Part shown: piece after piece, positions 20,695 to 29,869 of the stretch
How positions within the stretch are numbered: position 1 is the first letter of the stretch
Layout of the letters: each line of letters opens with the position of its first letter
Assembly (NCBI GenBank): GCA_026982555.1
Contig: JALSGT010000097.1
Coordinates: forward strand, 1 to 59,400
Length of the DNA: 59,400 bases
Source of the DNA: Chromatiales bacterium
GTDB lineage: Bacteria; Pseudomonadota; Gammaproteobacteria; SZUA-152
Reading direction: 5' to 3'
Notes under the pieces: generated by a model
The model's input: only the letters and a program-made list of their open reading frames with translations
What the model was told of the DNA's origin: nothing
The model's database searches: none
Program-made: the position numbers and the translations under genes

Positions 20695-21638
20695 AGAATG
20701 AGTGGCTGACAGGAGAGGTACCCTTCAAATATATGCTGAGTGACTTGACGTTATTCAAGCGTGATATCGTGTTAAAGATTTTGCGATTCAAAATTATTTC
20801 TGAAAACAGTCCCCCTGAAAAAATCCCATTCCCGGATGTAAAGTTAGCGGGCAAGGAAAAAGGGTATCTTCTTCGATCCATTCCTCTTCCATCTGTACAG
20901 CCGGCTTACAGGGTAGAGGATGGATATATATATTATGTGGCTGATCAATTCAGCAGATATTATATTGATTTACAGCAAACCTTTGAGGAGTATATAGCAA
21001 AATTTTCATCCAAAACCCGGTCCACCATTAGAAGAAAAATAAAAAAATTTACGGCCAAGTGTAATGGAAACATGAACTGGAAGAGTTATCGAACAGTTGA
21101 TGAGCTGGCCGAGTTTTATCGTGGTGCCCGTGAAGTATCGAGCAAAAGCTACCAGGAAAAATTACTGGATTCCGGTTTGCCGGATACAGAACAATTCCAG
21201 AAAACAATGGCCAGTCTGGCCAGGGATGATAGCGTCAGAGGCTATTTATTGTTTGATGAGAACAAGCCGGTAGCTTATATGTATTGTCCCGTTCAGGATA
21301 GCGTATTGTTATACCAGTATTTAGGTTATGACCCGGAGTATATTAAATGGTCCGTGGGTACGATTCTTCACTGGTTTGCATTTGAAGATATTCTTGGTGA
21401 GAAAAAATTCAGGTATTTTGATTTTACGGAAGGGCAGTCGGAGCACAAGCGTTTATATTCAACGGGGAGTTTATTGTGTGGCAATGTGTATATATTCCCC
21501 AAAAGTATCAGTGCATGGCTGCTGGTGAAAAGCCACAATGCGGTCAATACATCATCCAAAATACTTGGGAACTTTTTAGAACGGGCAAATCTAAAATCAA
21601 AGATCATAAAAATGATCAGATTTAAAAATAACAGGTGA
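20691..21638 (+). CDS. GNAT family acyltransferase (FemAB/CelD-like)
   Basis: F..Y...FSSKTRSTIRRK, YLGYDPEY..WSVG.IL and FDFTEG...HK motifs; ATGA overlap with the upstream gene. Confidence 0.8.
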   Translation: MKNEWLTGEVPFKYMLSDLTLFKRDIVLKILRFKIISENSPPEKIPFPDVKLAGKEKGYLLRSIPLPSVQPAYRVEDGYIYYVADQFSRYYIDLQQTFEEYIAKFSSKTRSTIRRKIKKFTAKCNGNMNWKSYRTVDELAEFYRGAREVSSKSYQEKLLDSGLPDTEQFQKTMASLARDDSVRGYLLFDENKPVAYMYCPVQDSVLLYQYLGYDPEYIKWSVGTILHWFAFEDILGEKKFRYFDFTEGQSEHKRLYSTGSLLCGNVYIFPKSISAWLLVKSHNAVNTSSKILGNFLERANLKSKIIKMIRFKNNR

Positions 21639-21653
21639 TTTCGACATAGCCCA

Positions 21654-22232
21654 ATGATTAATTCGCTGATTAAGAACGCAAAAAATATTGTCCATACAAT
21701 TCTGAATTATAGTGTTTTTGTTATTTATAAGTGTAACGGTATGCCAGAGAATGTGAGCGTTCCCCGGAAAGGTTATGAACTTCGCCTGATGACCCGCGAA
21801 GATATCATGAGTAGTGATGATACGCTTATTTCTGAGCAGGCATGGTATGGAGGAGACGATACGTGTATTTTTGCCTGCATTGTTGATGGGCGTATTGTTG
21901 CACTCTGTGTGTATTGGTATGGTGACCGGTATTTGACCAGAAATTTCTGGCCTTTAAAAGAAAAAGAGGCAAAGCTTGTTCAGCTTTACACACTGCCGGA
22001 TATGAGAGGAAAAGGAATTGCGCCTATGCTGATCCAGCATTCTGCTCATGTCATGATGAAACACGGATTTACCAATCTTTTTGCGCGAATCTGGCATTCC
22101 AATCATTCATCACGCAAGGCCTTTGAAAAAAGTCACTGGACGGCGATTTCCACCGTGATAGAAATACAGCCGGTGGCAAGCATCAAACCATTCAGGTTCC
22201 GTATTGCTAAAAAGGGATTGGCACAGCAATAA
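21654..22232 (+). CDS. GNAT family N-acetyltransferase
   Basis: TLPDMRGKGIA acetyl-CoA motif; N..SRKAFEK. Confidence 0.82.
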   Translation: MINSLIKNAKNIVHTILNYSVFVIYKCNGMPENVSVPRKGYELRLMTREDIMSSDDTLISEQAWYGGDDTCIFACIVDGRIVALCVYWYGDRYLTRNFWPLKEKEAKLVQLYTLPDMRGKGIAPMLIQHSAHVMMKHGFTNLFARIWHSNHSSRKAFEKSHWTAISTVIEIQPVASIKPFRFRIAKKGLAQQ

Positions 22233-22287
22233 GGAACAGTTTTTTGCGGTGCTCTCATGAGGTTCAATGTTTTCTGGACTGAATGAA

Positions 22288-22311
22288 TTCCCCGCAGTTT
22301 GCTGCGGGGAA
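22288..22311. terminator. GC-rich hairpin TTCCCCGCAG-TTTG-CTGCGGGGAA between convergent genes (possible bidirectional terminator or repeat element)
   Basis: Perfect 10-bp stem; no long U tract. Confidence 0.45.
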
Positions 22312-22349
22312 GTGTCGGCGTCCGGTTTTTGCTGGTGATCAGTGATTGG

Positions 22350-25079
22350 TCAGGGCCGGGTAAAAACAAGCGGGGTAAAACTTGTCGTCATTTCCAGGTT
22401 TCGTACGGTCACTGAACCGTCATCATTCGCGGAGACGGTTCCCGATTTTCCGTTATAACTCCAGTTGATGGCTTCCCCTGGCAACAGCTGGAATTGCTGA
22501 ATACGACGTATTGTCACATCTGCGGTAACGGGAAGCTGCCCATAATAATAATTTCCTTTTGGTGGGTAACCCGGGGCAGGCGGGGTGCCTGTTGTGTCGA
22601 TGTCTACCTTGACCGGCATGCTTAGCTGGTTGCGTGTATCGATGATATTTGTGCTGTCCCAGCGCAGGTAACGATTAATTGCGCCTCGCAAGGTGCCTGT
22701 ATATCCTCCCGCGCCATCGGGCTCTCCAGCGTCATCATCGGCTGAGCCGTTGGAAAAAGCAGGGAATGCCAGGCCTCTCCTCAGAAAGGACGTTGCATCC
22801 AGCGCCAGCTCCTTCCACCAGTCTGCGCTAAGCGGGCTATCTTGACCGGTGTGAGCCCGTTGATCCCAGGCAACAAGGTGCCCAATCTCTTCTTGTTGCA
22901 GTGCCGACAGGAAAGAGATGCCCGTAACCGGGCTCTCCCGTACCATCGCGTCAAAGCTGATAACAGGATCATTTTTCCCGCTTATTGTACTAAAGTGGAG
23001 ATTGCGGAAGTCTTTATTGCTAAGAGCGGCGCGACTGGCATCATACAAATCCCAAACATTGGTTCCTTTGTCGTCACCTGGCAGTCCAAGTTCTTTTGAA
23101 CCCCAGTAAGAAGTAAGCCCAGTCTGATGTCCGGGACTTAAAAAATGAGGCGTGGTACCACCAATACGAGGAAGGATCTCTGTAAAGTGGCGGCCGTAGT
23201 TGATTGCCAGGAAAAGCGCACCGGTGCCTCCCATGGACTGACCAGAGACCAGAACCTGATCCGGGTCAGCACCCGGGCAAGATCCCACTTCAGCAGGCAA
23301 GCCCGGACAGCCTTCCAGCAGGTAAGAGAGCAGGTGCATGACTCTGCGCTGGGTATAATTGGGATTGCTGCCGCTGGTTCTATCGCCACCAGGGAGCCAC
23401 TCATTGTATCCTGTCCACCATGTATTATTGGCATCATGAGGCGCAATACCGAAATAGCCTTCCCTTCCCACTGTGCCGGGGCTGCCACCAAAACCATGCA
23501 GACCAATCCGCACGGGCAGCATGTTAGTCGCACTCGCTTTCGTAGGGATGGCCAGGTTTGCTGTGAATTCACGCCCTTTATAACCGGGACTGTCCAGAAA
23601 ATCATCGGTGACTTGCGTCATTTCCAACTTGGTTACCCTGTATAAATCTTTCGAGCTGACAAATGTAGGCCAGGGTGGCTGGATGGTATTGTTGACCGTT
23701 ACTGTGAACATCTGGGTCTCACTGTCTTCACCGTCTACGGCCTCCATTGTTATTTGCCACGACTTTCCTCCCTGGATAAAATCCGGGCGAAAATCGAAAC
23801 GGCGCTCGACTTCGTTCCAGTGCATTCCGGGTGGCATGCCGCTGACAAAGATTCGCGCACTTGGTCGAGCGATGATGTCAATGGTGTAATCCTGTTCCTC
23901 GTCGAAAGATTGTGGACCGGGGTTGGACAGCAATACTGTCGAATCGGTATCGTCGTTGGTGATGGTTGCCACGCCGACAGCATTGAGCAGGCTGGCATTA
24001 GCGGGATTGGATAATGCCAGTCTGAACGTTTCATTGAGTTCTGCAATGGTGTCACCAACCACATTTACGGCAACAGTTTTGCTGGTTTCTCCGGAAGCAA
24101 AGGACAGGATACCGCTTTTACTCTGATAATCACCCGGTGAGGTCGCGGTAATGTCGCTGGTTTCGTAATTGACGGTAACGGTATCGACGCTGCTGGCGGA
24201 CAGGGTAACAGTGAACATTGCCGCTGTAGTCCCTGAATCACCTTCAGTGATGCTGATGTCTCCAATTTGCAGTGTCGGGAGAGTGCCGACATTATCGTCA
24301 TTGACAATGGTTGCCCAGGCAACAGCATTGCTGCTGTTCAGGTCAGCATTGCCGGGATTTGACAGGGTCAGTTTGAATTTTTCATCAGGTTCCGGAATGG
24401 CATCACCAACCACTTCTACCGTAACCGTCTTGCTGGTTTCTCCGGGTGCAAAGGACAAGGTGCCGTTTTTACTCTGATAATCAGCGGGTTCGGTCGCGGT
24501 ATCGTTACTGGTTGTGTAATCGACAGTAACAGTATCGGTGCTGCTGGCAGATAGAGTGATGTTAAACATTGCTGCCGTAGTACCTGAGTCGCCTTCAGTG
24601 ATGCTGATGTTTCCGATTTGCAGTGTCGGTGTGTCGTCATCGACAATGGTTGCCCAGGCAACCGCATTGTTGCTTGGGTCGTCGGGGTCGGATAAGGTCA
24701 GTTTGAATTTTTCATCCGGTTCCGGAGTGGTATCACCCACCACATTAACTGTTACTGTCTTCTCTGTTTCTCCGGGTGCAAAGGATAAAGTGCCGCTTTT
24801 ACTCTGATAATCAGCGGGTTCGGTCGCGGTATCGTTACTGGTTTCGTAATTGACGGTAATGGTCTCGGTAACGGGGGTAGACAGGACAATGTTGAATGTT
24901 GCCGCTGTAGTACCCGAATTACCCTCGGTAACCCGAATATTGGAGAACTCGAATGTTGGTGTTGTATCGTCATTGTCATTGCCCTTGTCCGAGGCGGAAC
25001 CGCCACATGCGCTGAGGATGGCACTGAATATGAGAATGGTACAAAATTTACCCATCAGGTTTTGATTGACTGATTTCAT
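22350..25079 (-). CDS. Lipoprotein with three Calx-beta domains, an Ig-like domain and a C-terminal alpha/beta-hydrolase-like domain
   Basis: Lipobox LSAC; three ITEG.SGTTAA.F...TV.Y.TS...DY...GTLSFAPGET.KTV.V.VVGD...E.DE.F.L.LS repeats; GLHGFGG and nucleophile elbow GQSMGG. Confidence 0.82.
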   Translation of the reverse strand: MKSVNQNLMGKFCTILIFSAILSACGGSASDKGNDNDDTTPTFEFSNIRVTEGNSGTTAATFNIVLSTPVTETITVNYETSNDTATEPADYQSKSGTLSFAPGETEKTVTVNVVGDTTPEPDEKFKLTLSDPDDPSNNAVAWATIVDDDTPTLQIGNISITEGDSGTTAAMFNITLSASSTDTVTVDYTTSNDTATEPADYQSKNGTLSFAPGETSKTVTVEVVGDAIPEPDEKFKLTLSNPGNADLNSSNAVAWATIVNDDNVGTLPTLQIGDISITEGDSGTTAAMFTVTLSASSVDTVTVNYETSDITATSPGDYQSKSGILSFASGETSKTVAVNVVGDTIAELNETFRLALSNPANASLLNAVGVATITNDDTDSTVLLSNPGPQSFDEEQDYTIDIIARPSARIFVSGMPPGMHWNEVERRFDFRPDFIQGGKSWQITMEAVDGEDSETQMFTVTVNNTIQPPWPTFVSSKDLYRVTKLEMTQVTDDFLDSPGYKGREFTANLAIPTKASATNMLPVRIGLHGFGGSPGTVGREGYFGIAPHDANNTWWTGYNEWLPGGDRTSGSNPNYTQRRVMHLLSYLLEGCPGLPAEVGSCPGADPDQVLVSGQSMGGTGALFLAINYGRHFTEILPRIGGTTPHFLSPGHQTGLTSYWGSKELGLPGDDKGTNVWDLYDASRAALSNKDFRNLHFSTISGKNDPVISFDAMVRESPVTGISFLSALQQEEIGHLVAWDQRAHTGQDSPLSADWWKELALDATSFLRRGLAFPAFSNGSADDDAGEPDGAGGYTGTLRGAINRYLRWDSTNIIDTRNQLSMPVKVDIDTTGTPPAPGYPPKGNYYYGQLPVTADVTIRRIQQFQLLPGEAINWSYNGKSGTVSANDDGSVTVRNLEMTTSFTPLVFTRP

Positions 25080-25337
25080 TCCGTGTAATTGTCCTGTATC
25101 AATATATTGTTAGTGCATTGCGCTGTGCTGATTTGCCAAGGCTTCGAGTAAACGTAAAACAGCGCTGATATTGTTCCGTTTAGCGGGAAATCAACGTCGC
25201 TTCTTTAATGTTAATGCGCTATTGGGCTGCTTACCTATTGATCCGAGTTAATAGAATGTGGTGCCGGTCGCAAAATGGTTCAGTCATGGTCAAGGTTCAG
25301 TGCATGGAGGCGATTAGCAGAGTGCGTGTCATTTCTG

Positions 25338-25356
25338 TTGAGATAATTATTCGCAT
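25338..25356. promoter_or_regulatory. Fur-box-like site in the divergent promoter region
   Basis: Minus strand TGCGAATAATTATCT versus 7-1-7 consensus TGATAAT-N-ATTATCA (3 mismatches). Confidence 0.3.
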
Positions 25357-25490
25357 GTCAAGTCCGATATATCAAGTCTCAATACAGCCTGCCACGTTTG
25401 GAACAGCACCGTCTCAAAACAAATAAATACAGGCGAGAGGGTTATGTATGGGAACCCGGCACTCTTTTGCCGCGTTAGCAGGTATGGAGA

Positions 25491-28400
25491 TTGGCAAGCA
25501 TGAATCCTTTCAAATATAAGCCCCTTTTTACTATGACCATATTTAATATGACTAAATATTTTTTACCCGCATGGGCCATCCTTGGCATTTTAGCAGGTTT
25601 GAGTCTGTCTGAAGCAGCATCTGCGGCACAACATCAGGCCCGGTTTGCTGAAATTGATTACGATGTGGTGTATGTGCGTTGCCCGAGGGGCAAAGAACCG
25701 GTTTTGCGCCCCACCTCTGGAGCTACCCCACAGCAATTACTGAATTGGAACGGCGTTAATGACCTGTGGCTGTCGGCCAACAACAACGTTTATCACCAGC
25801 CTGGTTGTGATCTGGTTTTGCATGACTCCAGCATGACTCCTGGTGATCCTGCCGCAGAGACAGTGCTGGTTGACTGCAACGAAGATGACACCTCAAACCC
25901 TGTGTGCTCGGTGGTGGACCCCAATGTCTCCTTTGATGGGCGTTATGTGGTGTACACCAAGTTTATTGATACCCGCACCTTTGTGACTGGTCTGGGTATT
26001 CGGCAGCTGGGTGGTATAGGCAGGCAGAGCTTTATGAAGCTTGATCCTGAAGGAAAGCTTGGCTCCAACAGGAACTATTTTGCCGTTATGGATCATGTTA
26101 ATTTTAAGCCTTATGACGCGCCGGCATTGATTTTTATGTATGACCTGCTCACGGGCGAAAATGTACAGGTGTCGCCCGACAGCAAAATATTTGCTGGCCG
26201 TGCGCACCCGGGCAAGGACGAAGAGTGGAGCTCCAATATTCCAGTGATGGATACCGGCCCGTTTTTTATGCCCAATGGCCGCATTGGCTTTACCAGTAAC
26301 CGTGAGCAGGGTTTTGGTATGTTCCAGCTGTTTACGATGGATCGTGATGGAAGAAACATGGAAGTCCTGAGCCATCGCGCCATGGCAAACCAATTGCACC
26401 CCTTCACCCTGATGGATGGACGCATTGTTTACACCAACTTTGATCGCATGCTGCAACGTGTGACCAATAATAATTTCTCTTTATTCGAAATCAACCCCGA
26501 TGGTTCCGCGCCGTTTATTTTTGCGGGCAAAAATGATCCCACAAAATGGTCGTATCATTACACGACCCAGTTGTCGGATGGCGACATCGTTACCACCTTG
26601 TATTACAACCATCAGCAGACCGGGCTGGGTGCATTTGAGCGTTTTCCGGTGAATCCGCCGGGGCCGGATTTTGTACACCGTACAATTTCCACCGGTGTAG
26701 CAGGTGATGTGCTCAATACGCTGCCGGATACCTGGAAAACAGGCAACCAGCTGTTACCGTTCGCCCGCCCCGGGCAGTTTCGTCTGACACCGCAGGCGGG
26801 TGCCGGTGACACTCAAATGCCTCGTTACAAAAACAGCGCGGATTATTTTGTACACCCGGTGGATGGTCGTACTGTTGTTATGAGCGGTCGTTTCACCCAT
26901 CCTGCTGCGGCACCCGATAATGATTTGCTGGCCACTTACGCAATAGGTGGTGCCTCTACTATCGGCAGTTCTGTATTTCGGGACACGACGCTGGAGGCGG
27001 TCAAGGAAGTCATTGGCAAGGATGCGGGTATCTGGCTGCTGCCGCTGGAGCCCAACAGTACCCGCCAGATAGGGCACATTGCCGATGATGCCCGGATCGT
27101 GGTGGATTTCCCCCAGTATCACGAAATTATGCCGCGTGCGGTGGTGCGTTATCAGGATATCTATGGCATTCCACGTCCTGACCCTGATGGTGAGCGACCA
27201 CCAACCCGCAATAATGGCGATCAGGATCCGCGTCTGCCTGCTGGCGCGCCCTATGGTCTTACCGGTGCCGCTTCTCTGTACGACCGGGAAACCCGCTCAC
27301 TTAATGGTACCCCCTGGAACATGAAGGATGGTGGTGGTGCCATGTCGGGACGTACCTACATGAATTTGGCGGTCAGTGGTGCCGAACTGGCTATTTTTGA
27401 TAACGATGAAATCTACGGTGTTCGTGTTCTTATCCCTGTGCCCAATATTCCCAAAGAGGCTTACAGGAGCGAGGAAAAGTGGTCTGGTTTCCAGCAACAT
27501 CATTTGCGTATTCTTGGCGAATACCCGGTGCGCAAACCCGGCACGGAAGGGTTGGAGCCCGATGATGCTCAAGGCAACCCGGATACCAGTTTCATCGTAA
27601 GGGTACCGGCTGATACGCCTTTTCTGATGCAGACCATTGACAAACGTGGCATGGCACTGGACATCGAAACCACATCGCGTTCGGTCACGCGTGGTGAGGA
27701 GCAGTTTTGCTCGGGCTGTCATGTCCATACCCGCGAAGGTATGGATACCCTGGATTCACTGGCCAGGAGCAATACCAGCGAATTTGGTGACTTCACTGGT
27801 ATCAGTGCCCCGTTGTTTGTGGGGGAAGACAAGGGTTATCCGGTTGTTGCCAGTGCTCAGGATACTTATTCCGGAGAGGCGGGAGCCACGGCTCGACGCT
27901 CCTTTGCTGCGGACTGGGACAACAACATTGCGGCGATTGTGCAGAATCGTTGCGCGTCTTGTCATGCAGAAGGTGAGTCGGCTCAGCAGCTCACAGGTCT
28001 ACGTTTGGATGGCAGTAACCGGACCTATGAGTTGCTTATCAAGAACAAATACACTCGTGAAGATGGCACTGTCATCGGTGCTGGTTTCAAGCCAGGCAAT
28101 GGTCTCACCGATCTCGATGAGCCGGGAACTGATCGCATTACACCGCACTACCAGTGTTGTACGCCTTCACGATGGGTTTCCGTCAACAGCGCGCGTTCCA
28201 GCATGCTGGTGTGGGCACTCTACGGTGAGCGCCTGGATGGTCGTGACCCTCTTACGGGCTTGCCACCCGCTGGCAGCGGTGTGTTGGTGGACAATGGGAG
28301 TCCCAGGCGTGATTACCCCGAGATATGGCCCAAGGTAAGTGAACACCTGGCTTATGTTTCCGGCATGCCTGAGGCGGAAAAACGCCTGATTGCGCGCTGG

Positions 28401-29024
28401 CTGGATATAGGAGCACCCAAGCTTAATGTACATGATGACATGATGCGCCCGGTGATGACCCTTACACCTGTGGGTGGTGCCTCCAGCGTGGACAGTATTT
28501 TGGTCGGGTTGTGGGATGATTCTCCACTGGATTTTGCCCGATTCAAAGTGGTAATGGCCAATGGTGACGATATTACGCCTCAGGTGACAGGTGCGCCGGA
28601 TGTTATCAGCATACCTTTGCCCGACACAGTGACCGAAAGCAATGCTGATGATGTCACAATCACGCTGGAAATCTGGGATAAGCCCAATCGAAGCTGGAGC
28701 AGAGTGCGTCCTGGCGAAGCTGCTGCCAACCGTACTCGCAAAACTGTGACAGGGCGTGCATTGTTGCGCATGGCAGGTAGTTCCACAGGTGGCGGCTCAA
28801 CAGGCGGAGGCTCGACTGGTGGCGGCTCAACAGGAGGAGGTTCAACAGGAGGAGGCTCAACAGGAGGAGGCTCAACAGGCGGAGGTTCAACAGGAGGAGG
28901 CTCAACTGATGAAGGTTCCAGTGGAGGCGGCGGTAGTCACAGCCCGCTGGGATTGTTGCTGTTGGCTGCCCTGTGGCCTGTATTACGACGCCGAAACAAG
29001 GCAGGCAGTGTTCTCGTAAGGTGA
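25491..29024 (+). CDS. Secreted HzsA-related (hydrazine synthase alpha-like) beta-propeller protein with two c-type heme motifs, (GGGST)8 stalk and GlyGly-CTERM-like anchor
   Basis: Signal peptide (likely start MTKYF at about 25548); TolB-like DPNVSFDGRYVVY and DGRIVY repeats; SFIVRVPADTPFLMQTIDKRGMA followed by CSGCH; second CASCH; C-terminus GGGGS-hydrophobic-RRR. Confidence 0.75.
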   Translation: MASMNPFKYKPLFTMTIFNMTKYFLPAWAILGILAGLSLSEAASAAQHQARFAEIDYDVVYVRCPRGKEPVLRPTSGATPQQLLNWNGVNDLWLSANNNVYHQPGCDLVLHDSSMTPGDPAAETVLVDCNEDDTSNPVCSVVDPNVSFDGRYVVYTKFIDTRTFVTGLGIRQLGGIGRQSFMKLDPEGKLGSNRNYFAVMDHVNFKPYDAPALIFMYDLLTGENVQVSPDSKIFAGRAHPGKDEEWSSNIPVMDTGPFFMPNGRIGFTSNREQGFGMFQLFTMDRDGRNMEVLSHRAMANQLHPFTLMDGRIVYTNFDRMLQRVTNNNFSLFEINPDGSAPFIFAGKNDPTKWSYHYTTQLSDGDIVTTLYYNHQQTGLGAFERFPVNPPGPDFVHRTISTGVAGDVLNTLPDTWKTGNQLLPFARPGQFRLTPQAGAGDTQMPRYKNSADYFVHPVDGRTVVMSGRFTHPAAAPDNDLLATYAIGGASTIGSSVFRDTTLEAVKEVIGKDAGIWLLPLEPNSTRQIGHIADDARIVVDFPQYHEIMPRAVVRYQDIYGIPRPDPDGERPPTRNNGDQDPRLPAGAPYGLTGAASLYDRETRSLNGTPWNMKDGGGAMSGRTYMNLAVSGAELAIFDNDEIYGVRVLIPVPNIPKEAYRSEEKWSGFQQHHLRILGEYPVRKPGTEGLEPDDAQGNPDTSFIVRVPADTPFLMQTIDKRGMALDIETTSRSVTRGEEQFCSGCHVHTREGMDTLDSLARSNTSEFGDFTGISAPLFVGEDKGYPVVASAQDTYSGEAGATARRSFAADWDNNIAAIVQNRCASCHAEGESAQQLTGLRLDGSNRTYELLIKNKYTREDGTVIGAGFKPGNGLTDLDEPGTDRITPHYQCCTPSRWVSVNSARSSMLVWALYGERLDGRDPLTGLPPAGSGVLVDNGSPRRDYPEIWPKVSEHLAYVSGMPEAEKRLIARWLDIGAPKLNVHDDMMRPVMTLTPVGGASSVDSILVGLWDDSPLDFARFKVVMANGDDITPQVTGAPDVISIPLPDTVTESNADDVTITLEIWDKPNRSWSRVRPGEAAANRTRKTVTGRALLRMAGSSTGGGSTGGGSTGGGSTGGGSTGGGSTGGGSTGGGSTGGGSTDEGSSGGGGSHSPLGLLLLAALWPVLRRRNKAGSVLVR
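28788..28907 (+). repeat. 15-bp coding tandem repeat, 8 x GGGST
   Basis: GGNGGNGGYTCRACN units counted by hand. Confidence 0.95.
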
Positions 29025-29232
29025 ATGTCACAGCTGCTAATGATCGATGACCCTGGCAATTTAAGGTGTTGGTGTATCACCGGATGGCTGCTTGGGTTGG
29101 TGATGCAGAAGGGCGCTCATGTCATAACTTAAGCCGGGTTTTTGGTTGAACAGCATTCTTTGACCGGCAAAGCAGAAAAATCAAAAAAACAATCAATAGT
29201 AAGGCACTTTTATTTGTGTCAGGGGGCATTCT

Positions 29233-29829
29233 ATGAAATCACGTCGAATGACGTTGGCTGTGTTGTTGAGTTTCTCTTTCATTTTGTTCCCCATTGTACA
29301 GGCTGCCGAACTGGCGTTGCCGTCCGGTGATCTGATTGCCCCGGCCATTGAACACACACCCATCGAAAAAGATATTTACGCGGGTCAGCAGGTTGATATA
29401 AAAGCCACCGTTACCGACAACGTGGGTGTCAAAAGCGTTATCCTGTTTTATCGTGACAGCAATGCAACCGAATTCAAGCGCCTGAAAATGAATCGTGATC
29501 TGGATTCATTTGTTTACACAACCCAACTCACCGCCACCGCCTCACCCGGCCTGGACTATTACATACAGGCAACAGATCTGGCCGGAAACACACTGTTATT
29601 TGGTTATTCATTTTCACCGTTGACCATTGCCGTGACCCCGGCAGCAGTGGATAACATGGCTGCAACGGACAATACCAATGCAAAGGAAAAATCCGGCATC
29701 AGCAAATGGGTGTGGATCGGCCTGGGTGTGGTCGCTGCTGGTGCAGCGTTATCCGGTGGTGGTGGCGGTGGAAATGATCCAGAACCACCGCCCACAGGCA
29801 CTTTGAGCATTTCAGGGCCGACACCCTAA
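29233..29829 (+). CDS. Exported protein with an Ig-like domain and a C-terminal hydrophobic helix followed by a Gly/Pro tail
   Basis: Signal peptide ending VQA; ATVTDNVGV..V.L.YR and YYIQATD.AGN Ig-like strands; KWVWIGLGVVAAGAA-GGGGGG. Confidence 0.75.
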   Translation: MKSRRMTLAVLLSFSFILFPIVQAAELALPSGDLIAPAIEHTPIEKDIYAGQQVDIKATVTDNVGVKSVILFYRDSNATEFKRLKMNRDLDSFVYTTQLTATASPGLDYYIQATDLAGNTLLFGYSFSPLTIAVTPAAVDNMAATDNTNAKEKSGISKWVWIGLGVVAAGAALSGGGGGGNDPEPPPTGTLSISGPTP

Positions 29830-29869
29830 TGAGGGGTTATTTACATAGAAAAACGAATGGATAGAAAAT

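Noticed and set aside
25456-25471. Sigma54-like CGGCACTCTTTTGC upstream of the HzsA-like gene
   Set aside because: GG-to-GC spacing is 9 nt, not the required 10.
25491-29024. Evidence for anammox metabolism
   Set aside because: No hzsB/hzsC or hydrazine dehydrogenase nearby, gammaproteobacterial gene context and a surface anchor; only domain-level similarity is supported.
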